A model generated the notes under the pieces. It was not told the DNA's origin. It worked only from the letters and a program-made list of their open reading frames with translations, and did not search any database. Below, one piece after another: positions 38,192-51,051 of a stretch of 64,000 bases of DNA. Location of the stretch: the NCBI GenBank assembly GCA_040954595.2, contig CM082591.2, positions 1 through 64,000 of the forward strand. Direction: 5' to 3'. This DNA comes from Balanoglossus misakiensis (Eukaryota; Animalia; Hemichordata). Position numbers and translations under genes: made by a program. The stretch's first letter is position 1, and each line of letters begins with the position of its first letter.

Positions 38192-41100
38192 AACCCCACT
38201 TAATTTTCTTGCTTGCCATGGGCGTGTGACCACTCAAGAGCATAAGCAAATATTTAATTATATAGAAATATAATCTTAACACAACTTACAGTACAGTGTG
38301 ATGCCAGACTCCCCATTCCATGTAATAAATCAATTTCACAAACGATCAAATCGATAAATTCAGGTCGCCACAACATACTAAGACACCAACGATTACATTT
38401 CACAAATCAAAGTTACAGCAAATGACCTTCAAGACAGTGAGCTAATGATTTTATGACTGATAGATTATCTTTTATTTTACCGGACATTTATCGCCTTGCT
38501 GCAGCGAGTTGATGAAATAGTAAAATTATGTAGCAGGAAGACAGTCGGGTAAACCTATCTGAATCTAGAACGATTTATCAGTTGAAGGCTTCTGGCACTG
38601 TGCTACAGACATAAGCTGCTTTAAATGCACAATGTCTTTACATCTGTAAGGGATTGAAGACTCATTAATGCAGATAAGAAAGCAGACATGGGAGTACTTT
38701 TACCGCCTGTGACTCATCACTTTCTGGAAAGACTTTCTCCATTAATGAAACAGGAAGTTGGAAATTACTTGGGAGAATGAATGCGGCTGTTTTTTTGAAT
38801 CTCTATGTGATGAGACTTTCATACCTTTATATGGCATGCAGCCTTTTGAGCTGTTATTGTCAACATAATTCAGTTTCCTTTTTTCTCATAACGTGAAAGG
38901 ATAAAATAGCAATTTACCACCACGACTATGGGTGTCATCCTTAATTGAAATAATCCGTTTTACTAATTTTTTCTCGATTGATCTGCCCCACATTTACTCA
39001 CCAAATGCTAATGGACACACAAAGTCAAATTCCATCACATTTCCTAGCCTGGGCTGTGAAATCAACTGTTTCAAGATGCGATCCTAATGCATCAATCAAT
39101 CAATTTACAGAGGATCCAACTTTGAGAAGAGATAATGTGACATTGAAAAGAATGATTCTTTAACAAAAACACCCATGGCCCCAAGTTGTTGGTTTTCCCC
39201 AAACGCTAAAGCCCACCTTCGGGCAACAACTTCGCACCGAGAAAAAAGCTAGTCTGTGCACACGTACACATCAGCATTAGTTCGGACGTTTGTGTAAGCC
39301 CAACTTCATTGCAAGAGTATTATTTAAAGACCAAGGGAATCGGTGGAGATTTATATTATAATACTGCTTAACATATTTCCTATGTATCATGTCAACTTCT
39401 TGTAATCCGACACAAATACAAAACTGATTTACTTCATTATTTAAATTTGTCTGTCTCCTAAAATGGCAGCTGGAATTTATTTATATTATTATTTTAATGC
39501 AGGGCTAACTATCAATAAGGGAGACATACATGGATGGATGGGTTAGTGGATCACACAGCTTTAAGAACTTGGTAGTATAACTGCTATATTAATTGTATGT
39601 AAATGAATAAATGACAAAAGGCACGATGTTCACTTTCTATGTTAATTTCCAAACTAATTTTCCCAGCTACATTGATGAAACACTATTTGAATTATAGAAA
39701 GGCACGTTGGGGCCAGATTACTACAAAGAACTTTCAAGGATTAAAGAATGACTCTATCTCCGAGGAACTCATTAAGATTACATTTAAAGTCAGTCAACTA
39801 CAGAATAGGTCGCGTCTGAAGGCGTCTGGAAAGTAGACAGAGCTTCAAGTATGGAAAACGCGAGCCTAAGGGCTAAACCTGAGATGATTACATCTACATA
39901 TCCAACAATGAGGAAATTGCGCTGACAATCTTGAAATCGAGGTTTTGTTACTGGATTTACTCACTTACAATTAGCAAAACGTGTAATTTTGCGACTGGAA
40001 TATGTAAACGTTGCTGCCCCTAGTTGCCTGAAATAAACAAGTGGAGCTGTGTTCACAGTTGAAGAAATTAATGAATGATCCATTTGAAAATCCATAACTT
40101 ATACTCAAGTTTCTTTTTAGTTTTGCAACATAATGTGAATAGACGTATGCAAATTAGAACATGTATGTTATTCGTTTTATGACCACATGTAACTGCCTTT
40201 TAAGTGCACTATCAACAACCGGCTCAATTTTACTATTGCACCAATAACCATGGTAACGCATATAAAGATCACTTCATTTATCAGTAAATGTGTATGGGTA
40301 TTTTCCAATTGCCCATTATTTTCGTTAAATGTCTCTACTTCATTCCATCTGAACATATCCCCGAGATATTTGCTTTGAAATAAAAAAGGCGTGTTCGAAA
40401 ACAACAAACGTGTTACTGATTCATCTAGCAAAACAAGTAATCTAGTTATCTCGGTCATGTCTCACCCTGAAGGATGACTTGGTTATGCCATTTTGATGTC
40501 ACTAATTAACATACTACCAACAGTTTCACCACAACATTGATGTGAACGACATTGTAACAAATTCCGTCATTTATTCTCATTTAATATGTATATATTGTCA
40601 AAGGCGACCCATTCCTTTTATACAAGATTATCCACAATGAATTTGCATTAAAATATCATTTTTGAAACTAATTTGGATGTTCTTCTGGAAAAATATGCCG
40701 CCAGAAAGGATGTAATGCTGTCATTACGAAAATACATCTGACATATAATCATCTGGGACATTCGTGAAACGAATTGAATGTTTGAAGAAATGTGTTAAAG
40801 GGGCCATGTTTTGTTTGGATTTAATGTATGGCAATTTTCATCAATAATACTAATAATAGCAAAGTGAGGTCACACCATAAGGTTACTTTAATACAGCCTA
40901 ACCAATTTCGATGTGACAGCTGTCCATCTAATCGTCTTTATCCTTCCCCGTAGTAATCTTTCTCTTTTCTGTAGGGACCGTTGAGTTATTGGTTCTACTA
41001 GTTGCCAACTTCAATCTGATGAACTTCAGATTTTTAATTATTGTGACACATTTCCACAAATTTTTTGAAAGCATAATTCATCTCAAACTTCCAGTGTCAT

Positions 41101-44100
41101 TGTTGTAATATTTAACAATTTGTGTTTGCATACATACACATATATACATTCGTACAACATAAACACAGGCACAAACACATACCACAAAGATAGACAGACA
41201 GACAGCACAGACAACATAAATGAAATGTTTATTTTTATCATGCCATTGTCTTGCAGGGACGAAGATCGCATGTATATGTCTTTCAGTACTTTTCCAGGGC
41301 GTCTGCCATTACTTTTCATATATTGATCAGTTTCCGTGCAATGCTTGTAAGTGATTGTATATAATCTAACAGGAAACTGGCTATCAGGACTATGCCACTA
41401 GATTCGTCATATCCAAGACTGGTTTCTGGTCATTCAAACCATTTGAGTCTTCCTAAATGCATTAATTTTATTGAACAGTTCGAGCAGATGTTTTGCACAT
41501 CACTGTTGTTCAGTAAACCGAGAACAAGTTTACAATTACAACGTAAGATAGCAGCTGAATGTACAAACAGGCCCCCAGGCTTCACTTGACATAAAGTGTT
41601 CGAGTTCATTAAATTGTGTTCTTTGCAGATACAATATGCTGTATGATTTCAGTATAGGACCGCCTTTAAGCGACGGTCGAAAATTGGAATGTTAACAGGA
41701 ACTACACAAAATCAGGAAAGATATGTACCAAGTTCTCATGTACTGGCGTTTTCATGAATTGTTGTTTTCCATCAATTCTTAATACTAAATCTTTAAAATG
41801 CATATTTTCTGAAAGCCTAGATAAAAGGGGGGGGGGGCACGATCGTATACGGTACACAAGAATTATAAACATTGGTAATGTCAACACACTTTTCAAACAA
41901 AATTTCCATTTTGCGAAAACGTTACATGATTTTTGGTTGAAATTCGTGCTCTAGCAAGTCTTCGACAACCGTGTTGTGGGCGCCAAGTTTACTCATATTG
42001 CCCATTAGCACGCACGAGCAGAGCACAAGTGGAGCCCACAAGCTACTGTGCACTTTTCATACAAAAACTTTGTCGCTTGACCAATCAACGACTTTCTTGG
42101 GATTGAGTCATCAGTGGCGAATCACCGCTACTAAAATCAAGACCCAAAACTAAACATTAATTTTCATCAAAATTGCTAGTGGTGGGGGAGGGGATTTGAA
42201 GAGTAACAGAATGCAATAACCTCTGTGATGTTGTTCAGATTACCAGCTGTGTGAGTGAAAAGTATTGTCACAGAATATATTACATATAACGTTCTGGGGC
42301 CTCTTTTATGAGAGCCGAGTTAGACAGGAGCTAATCCACATTCCATTTTATCTTTTCAATCTCCAAATAAGCAATTATATGTAACAATTGGCTATACATG
42401 GTTTCAATTTCCGGAACAGAGCACATCTAACATTTAGAAAACAACTATTATGAAAATAATTATTTTTGCTATAATACGAGTTTATCCTTCGCACAAAACA
42501 TTTTAAAGCCATCTGTGCATTTCTGTGTGTTCTTTGAGGAAACTTTTACACATAGCCATATTTAGGACATAAGTAATCACCACGGTAGAGAGTTTAGATG
42601 GACCACTACCGCCACCGTCGTCGTCGGGTCTCAAACGAAATATATTGGATTCACCAACGGCTCGTTCATTACATCGAAACCAGAGCACTCATCAATAAAT
42701 AAGAACATGTCTGAATAACAGTATGAAATATTTATCTATTAATTAGTTAATTAATTATTTCTCCGTTCATTCGCTTGTTTGTTTAGTTTGTGTCTTTGTT
42801 TTGCTTGCTTGGTTGTTTGTTAGTTTGACTTCGTCAGCTACAATCGCCTACACACAGTTATGATGCAAATGTGGAAAGTTGGGATGGTTGTGGGAATTAG
42901 ACAGCTGTTCTACCATCAGGCAAAGGAAGGTTTCTCTCTCATTAGACACATTTGTAGCATTAAGTTACAGTAACCATGCAGAAGTGGGCAGCATCATGTC
43001 CGGAGGCCCAGATTGGGTGTCGGTGTGCGAATGTATCCTTCAGCTATTTCACCGATTATATTTAAATGGTGGATTTAGAAAAAAAATATCAAAGAATTGT
43101 TTTCATTTTAGAGGTATGTGACAAAAATGAATTTGACACTTACATTGTTCAGACTGGCGTAACGGGTACTGCTATTCTCAATGCAATCAATGTTTAAGAT
43201 ATCCATGAAATATTTATCCTCTGTCTGCAATATCTAGCTCATTAGCGGGAAACATCATACGACCGATAATAAATATACCGTCATAAATGGAAAGTGACCT
43301 ATAATATCATCTCAGGTGGAATAAGATAATGCCAAATTATAAAAGCGTTACTATGCATTTTACGGGAATTTGTTTGGTAAAGATGAGGAAATAAAACTTG
43401 ATTAGTGGTTGCATGGTTTATAAAACATGGTCTGACATGTGACATCAAAAAATAAATTTCCTAAAATTGATTCATTCCAAGTTGGGTCTTCTGCGTGTGG
43501 AGAATTTTGGTAAACCATTATCTCAGTATTTTTAGATGAGATAATTCAGTTTCAGATATTTTATTTAATAAGAACAAGATATATTGAATGTAAGTGATTT
43601 TTACAACTTTCATTTGCAAGAGGAAAAATACTAATAAAAGTGATTGTTTATGATTCTACATGGCAGATTTTCTATTTTCAATTCATCAGCAAGATAGTTG
43701 CAATTAGTGTGTAATACAAGATAATATAAGCTTCATGTTTCACGATAGGCAAATTCATTTACATATCTCCTTGTTGACATGTACGGCATCTCGCACAAAT
43801 TGTGATTATTTCTTCTCTGCTCAATGAATGAGCTGTGGTGTCTTTAAATTTTATACATTTTATATCACACCATTTAATCAAGAACTGACGTGTTGACTCT
43901 AGCTCAATAAGTTGTCAAAGCATATTGCGGCAAACATTGGATGAAATAATCTACTTTAAACTAACGAATCAGTAAATCAAATTTGCTGTTATATCAATAC
44001 CCAATAAAAAGTTAGGTTGAAATGGCTAACGACAAGAGTATTTTTCGACCCTGGGAATACCCAATCGTAATTCATTGCATTTTATGCAGTAAAATTTGCC

Positions 44101-47100
44101 ACTGCAAGAGAATGTTTTTTCAAAGAAACATGACAAATAAAACAGCCACTGAATATCCATGCATACGTGTATTAAACATTCAACGATCAGATGTCATGAC
44201 TCAATCCATTCATTAAATACATACGCTGTTGGTCCGATATGATTTGCAAATGATCACCTTCACATTTTCTCTCTTTGATTGAGTTTAAATACTAGTATAT
44301 CACTATATCAACAACGGGTCGTGCCCTTAACAGAACATCCCTGATATAACAAAGAATTGTCTGTGCGAAACCAATGAATAAAGTTAATCTAGGAGACATG
44401 TCGACTCCACGGAGTGTGAAATACAAACCAAATGTATAAACCATACACCACAAATTGTTTAATGTTCCGTAGCAATGAATGTGACTGTTGAATCAATATG
44501 TTCCATGTTCGTGTTGTATATATACTTCATAATGTGCATTTCTTGCATATGAATAAACATTTTCTTGCTAAATATGTGAAGTTACGTGGAACTGATAATC
44601 CGATTTCACGCTTACTCTAACAACAAGCAATATATCACGGAACAGACATTGAACATTTGCTGTTGGCATCAAAGTACGAGGCAGGCTATGTCAAAGATAA
44701 ATGATGGGATTTGAACAGACATGACGAAACAAAATTACGTTCTGGGCAAATATTTTCAAAAGCTGTCTTACCTAGTTTCAGGATAATCGTCAGAATCCAG
44801 TGATTCAAATGATGAAAACGATTTCTTGAACCATATTGGTTTTGTAAGATTAATCACCTTAAACTGTGTAAAACTTTATCAAGGCAATCAGAAACGGCTA
44901 CAAATCGAAATGACAGCATATGCAGATGACGACGTGTTCGGTGCATTTAGTTGCTCAACATCAAGCATTCATGGTCGCAAGTCTACCATTAGTTGTCTAG
45001 GCAACGGGTTGAAACACTATATATGGGACAAAATGTGGGTCCGAGAGATTTGGAGGGAATGGTTCACCAGGCATACTACCCTAATACCAAATGGTTCCTT
45101 CCACTCTTTTCCAATGTTTTCACTTAACGGTGTGGAAATTGGAATATACGTTTGAACACCAAATTCCGTATCGCTATGCATGATGAACGGTCTTCCCCGT
45201 TGTTTTGATTTCTCGTCAACTACAATGTCAGAGGTTAACATCTTTTTAAAATATTTGTACGGGGCTTCTGGTTTTTTTTTTTGTGTTTATGTCTTGGAGC
45301 TGCCGTTATTTAGATAAACCCTCTCGCATGCTACTGTGCACTTCATATTCAAGCACATCATATTAAATCTGATAGCGGTGTTGGATGTACATCATTTTGG
45401 ATTTTTATAGTTGCCATCTCCCTTGATAAGAGAAATGCCAATTATTAAACCCCACTTGACGATCATTCGTGATGTAGAATGGATAGTCCTTCCAAGTAAA
45501 GTATATTTTTTAGATAAAGTAGCAAAATTTAAAAACTTGCACGATTTGGCCACCAGGTTTTGCCAGTATTACCCTGTGACACAATTTTCTTCATTTTATT
45601 GAAAGGACAAAAGCAACCATTGAACCTTTAATAGTGTACTTCAGGAAAAAAATTTCAAAAGGGTTTTCACTTTAGTCCAAACGAAAATGTATTAGTTACA
45701 AACTCTTGACACGAGTTTCAAGGACTTCCTGTTTTTGAACACAATTTTCCAAGCGAAAGCAGGTATGGCTCAAAGAGATGTTCGCCATGACAAGTTGCTA
45801 TGTATTGACATAACGAATTCCATGCGTCTGTGTGTAACATGATGTTGGCGCTGGGTTCAGTATTACACAGCTACTATTCTCACAAAAACACTGATACCTA
45901 TTATATCAAGTTTGAGAAGCATTGAATGTCAAATTGGAAAAACAAGGCAATTATCTGATTTCATAAAATTTGATTTAATGTGAGGAAGATCCTTTTTCTG
46001 GCAGTACATAAGGAATGAGTGCAATAGAATCAATGTAAAGAATTAGCGCAGTCGCAGTAGAATTCTGTGAAAAGCAATGAAATCGCAAGAGAAATCACGC
46101 TTGTATCCAGTTCATTTCCCAACCATTCACACACTTAAACGACCAAATCAAAAGTGTTTGTAAATGTTCGAACACCCGGGGGAAATTATTGCATTAAAGC
46201 TTTTCAGAGGAAAAAAATGGTTTATGCCTATGTGGTGAACACATTGAAAGTCATCAATATTGACCAAAAATCAAGGTTGTCTACAATTACTTACTTTAGC
46301 TTATACAAAATCGACATCCTTGACCAGATGGTATGATTCAAAAAATGAGACACATGGAATTGCAGTGAATATTCAGAACAAATAGCTGTGTCTAATTGGT
46401 GCCACAATTCCATTAATATCAGAAAAACATCCACATATTTCATGTACTGCATTCAACTGCATATGTAAAACCAAACGCCAATTCATAGCATGAAGATTCC
46501 CATTCGCTTTGACAATATTAAACAAACCTTCTCTCTGAATACGAGTGTTCAAGTTATTTGTTAGTATGCATGCCTTTGGATAGATTTTACCGCGTAAGTA
46601 CCACTTACTTAACAACAGTGTATGGAAATTGGACTTCATAAACATTCGACATTTCCTTTACTTGGAACCAGCCTTTCAGAAACGCATAGCTGTTGTCGCA
46701 TATACTTAATATTATAATAAGTGGGAAGGAACATTTTTATGTATGTGAATACCAATCTTATTCTCTCTTCCTAGACACAGTGTATTTCTGATTGCGGAGT
46801 TACATTTTATCATGCAGATCATAGATTATAATAATGAGTGACGCCACAACAAAAACCGTATGTTCGGTTATGGCAAGTCATCTGCAGTAAAATGCGATGA
46901 AGAAATGAAAAACAATTATACTATTTTTTTTCAGAAACACTCTTCCAAAGGAATACGCTACCAAAAATAGGCAGATTATAAGCTCTTGTTTTGAAAATTG
47001 AGCAAAACCCAAAATAAATGAGCCGATATTAATATTTGAATGTATATGTACAGCGGACATAGGGTTATTCGCCATAATCGTGAGTGCTTCATAATAACAT

Positions 47101-48298
47101 TTAATGAAAATACCAATGAATTCATGATGATGCCGGAAGGCATTTTCTATTATTTTTATTATTGACCAAATGTTTATGCACATTTTGAGTGCATGTACTA
47201 TTAATTCGAAAAGACGATTGTCAGCTCCTTGTGAGATCTCGCGAAACTTGGTTAATTACCGTAGAACGGGTTCCTAGCCAAGTACTTCAAGTCAGGCTTT
47301 GTGTGAAACTAGTAAAGGTGCAGCGTGATGTGTAACAAAATATTACTTTTGCGTTGGTTAAAACATTGGGCCACATGTTGTTTGCCCTGTTTCACATGAG
47401 AATGTCCACCCGTATAAACTGCCTTGCCAAACGCGAGGTCTCCTAGGGTATCGTGGAGTTCTTATTCTGTACCATTGAACCAGCCCCGAAGACTTACACA
47501 GCGAGTCCTCCTGAACAAGCATGTCCATGAAATCATCGTTGCTTTCAAAGAAATGACAAATCATATCGATGAGGCCACATTTTCATTAGTCGCTTTTTCA
47601 GCCCTTCAACATCTGACCCAAGGCAATGAATACTTACGACATCAACTATACAATATATAACAAGCAACCGAGACCAGCTGCCAGACACCCCGAGGCAGAC
47701 GTACCCTATTTAATAGCAACACTACTATAATAAGGTTTCCACTCCTCAAAGGCATTTGCTACTTTAAAATGCCCTTACAAGTTAACGTAATTGGTTCAGA
47801 CCAAACTGCACAGCTTTTAACAGAAAATATTTACCAACTGAATATACCAGTATTGTGACAGAGACATTGAATGTCATCTGTAGACAGTAAAACAGGCTAT
47901 AGCATAATTCATAGCCCTATTACAAATGTGGGTTTTCCATGCACTTCTAGTTCTTTGTAGTTACATTGTACCATCATAGCAATCAGGCTTTATTTGTGAT
48001 TTAATTAATTTATTGGTACTCATTGAGGAGATATCTGAGGGTGTTCTGTTTGACAGTGTGTAACACAAGTCAAAATTGCCACTTCTGATGCTTTTGGGAG
48101 GTGTCAAATTGTAACCTCCCATTTGTGCACCACTGCCTGGACCAATTGCATTGGCAAGGGGTGTTTTATTGGCAGACTCTATTGGTGAATCTCCATCATT
48201 CTGATTACCCTGGACTATCTTTGGAGTGCTTGTCACTATCCCAGGTTTTATTTTACTAGGTGTTGGTAGTTTGCACATTCTACCCTCCACACTGTTTA

Positions 48299-48465
48299 TT
48301 AGGGAACCTTCAGTATTTACAAGGGGGATGGGTCACTTTTTACAAACCAATCTTTGGGAGAGGGTCACTTTTTACAAACCTATCTTTGGGGGTGGGTCAC
48401 TTTTTACAGCTGAAAATTCCTTATACAAAATCACCGATCAGTGATCTCCCCAGGAATTTCTGATA
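48299..48465. repeat. Short interspersed repeat fragment with three GGGTCACTTTTTACA subrepeats
   Basis: GGGTCACTTTTTACA occurs three times at ~32-bp spacing after TTAGGGAACCTTCAGTATTTAC. Related GGGAGGGTCA motifs lie at ~49005-49050. Probably a non-autonomous DNA element remnant. Confidence 0.45.
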
Positions 48466-49635
48466 GCATAACTGCTTATATCCATAACAATGTAAACAAT
48501 TGTTATGTTAATTAAGTTGTATTGTCTTCTCAAATTAAGAAGTAGTGGCCACTTTGCTTTAATTGCTCTGGGGAGAACACTAGAGATGAAATAAACCCTT
48601 TTTTATACCGGTATATATGTACATTGTACATGTACAATATCCACTAACACCACCATGCCATCAAAACCACCACCCACGCCGCCGCCACCATCAAAACCAC
48701 CACCCACGCTGCCACTACACTAAAACCACCACAACCGCCGCCATCAATATCATCATCATCATCATCATCATCATGGAACAAAAGTAACAGCTTCTGGCCC
48801 CAAGTTGCCCGAGTAGAAGTCCAACTTTGCCATATAAAACAATAGATACATTAGATTAAAGACAAATCATGGTGGTGAAATAGTTAATATTAAAGACCCC
48901 TTGCTATATGTTGATTGCACACAATACATCAGTGTACTGTATATCATGGCGCAAAATGTCCCAAAGTGGTGGGATGGGGGGTCAGGTTTCACAATGTCGG
49001 ACAAGGGGGAGGGTCAAATTTTAGAAGGGAGGATATGGGGGAGGGTCACATTTAAGAGTCCAGCTGTACGCTGAATCACCCCGGCCCACCCCCTCCTGTT
49101 TTTCTGGAGTCAAATAGTGACCGCCTGGCGAAGGACTGCTGATATTTTCTTTAAGTTGCGTAAAGAAAGTCCGAACGCTGAATTTGTTTTTCGAGAGCAA
49201 GTCTTTGTACTTGCTCTTTCAGCAACAGAGATTTTAACTGTGAGATTTCTTCCTGTAGCTGCTCATTTGTGTTGGGCCCCTTGCCCACTGTACTGTTATT
49301 CCCTTCAACAGATTTGCCCCTACTTCCCTCTGACTCACGTCCTACACTTACTTCACCTTTAAACGTAAAACTCCACTATCCACAGACTCATCTGCCATCG
49401 TGATCTTTGGCAGGGGTATAATGCCACTGACAAACAAAATTCCCCAAACTCAAGTAAGACACCAAAATTTCTGTGTTCTGTGTCACTCGGTCCTACTGCC
49501 CTGTCTACACAGGTTTTGTTTTTTGAATGGTTTTACAACTTGGACACGTCGACTGTCACCCGACCTCCTTACACACAAATAATTATGCGAGTAAGTCAGT
49601 CCTGTAATGAGTACAGTGCCCAAGGAATGCCAGTC

Positions 49636-49802
49636 TAATAGAATCTCACACTCCCAAGGACCTGGGATCATATTTCTCACACGAGTGGGGAATATTCTGT
49701 CCCACACGAGCCTGCGGCTCGTGTGGGACAGAACTGCAACTGCAACCGGCGACTCGTGTGAGAAATATGATCCCAGGTCCTTGGGAGTGTGAGATTCTAT
49801 TA
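49636..49802. mobile_element. 167-bp hairpin MITE-like element with nested inverted repeats
   Basis: Perfect 51-bp outer arms (49636-49686 / 49752-49802, with TA at both outer ends) enclose an 18-bp perfect inner stem (49695-49712 / 49716-49733, loop TGC). Confidence 0.75.
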
Positions 49803-50607
49803 ATCCACCAATGTATGCCGCAAAGATTTGATTGTCAAATTAAAATGTAATGTCGGACGAGCGAGTGACACATACTTGTAATGCAACTGCGACGCTTACA
49901 GGCGAGTAGTTGGTGGAGTTTTGTTTCCAGCCACGATCAATATCACAGCTACTGGGCCGATACATTTAATACTAATTTTACATCCCAACGATGCAGCCAA
50001 ATGTAATCGTGTGGTTTCAGGGACAAATAAGGGTCCGGTTATTTTTCCCAACACGATCACAAAGAATTTCACTAACTAAATGGCGACACTACCGTTCTCG
50101 GTCAACAGGCTCCGACTGCACATCAACGGGTATCGAATGAAGTACTTCTCGTAGTTTCTATGCCCCAAACCCAGTGTAGAGGACGTCTGGATAGGCGGAC
50201 CTTCTTCTGCTGGAAACTCTTTGAGTAGTCTTGAACTAAACACGAGAAATAACTCACACAACCTGGATCTGTAGTAACGTACGTCTTTTTGTTGTGGTCG
50301 GTCGCCCTGAAGACCCAGCAATGTACAGAACTTCCGCCTAAAGTTGCAACATTACCATAGGTTCTACGTGACGTTACTAGGCAACGAACAGAATTTAGGA
50401 ACAGTGAAACTACATGTACATAGAAATCACACAAATACCAAGAAAAACCTCGGAATTACGATCCGTAGACATCTAAACATCTCAGAGGTTACAGAAAAGT
50501 GTTCCCACAAGCGTGGAGAAAGGTTTGGACGAAAGTATAAGAAAGATAGAGGTATAAAGTACGAATTCAGATCACTACACTCGAGAGCACGATGCTCACA
50601 GTGACAA

Positions 50608-51051
50608 TAACCCTGCGTACAGGTAGGTCTGTGTGTTCCCGGCGTTACACGGCCTCCACCACAGCCCTGCAAGGCGCCATAAGAATATGATGCGATTAAC
50701 TTGTCCTAACGTCCGAACCGCTCGCGTTCTAAAACTTTTATGTTAACCCATGGAGATAAACTCGCTGTAAGCCTTATATTTAATATGGCGATCTCAACAT
50801 GTAAACACACAAAAATAAATCAAACGCGAGTGGTTCGGACGTTAGGACAAGTTAAATGCATCATATTTGAAGTCGGTTAGGAGGCAGAAGTAGACAGGGA
50901 AAGGATTTTGCTTCGATAAAATCGAATTTCGGCCGAAAAAGCTGCGGTCCGGATCCGGACCGCAGAAGCACCAGTTTTTTCTATGGCGCCTTGCAGGGCT
51001 GTGGTGGAGGCCGTGTAACGCCGGGAACACACAGACCTGTACGCAGAGCTA
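50608..51051. mobile_element. 444-bp non-autonomous DNA transposon with long TIRs and a 10-bp TSD (Academ/AcademH-like)
   Basis: The direct repeat ACAGTGACAA (50598-50607 and 51052-51061) flanks TAACCCTGCGTACAGG...CCTGTACGCAGAGCTA. TIRs are ~70 bp, with a second internal ~40-bp inverted repeat (~50689-50728 / ~50823-50862). Confidence 0.8.

Noticed and set aside
47380-47515. Possible SINE-like sequence sharing GCAAGGCAGTTTA with ~35317-35329
   Set aside because: Only a 13-bp match and an A-box-like word; too little to define an element.
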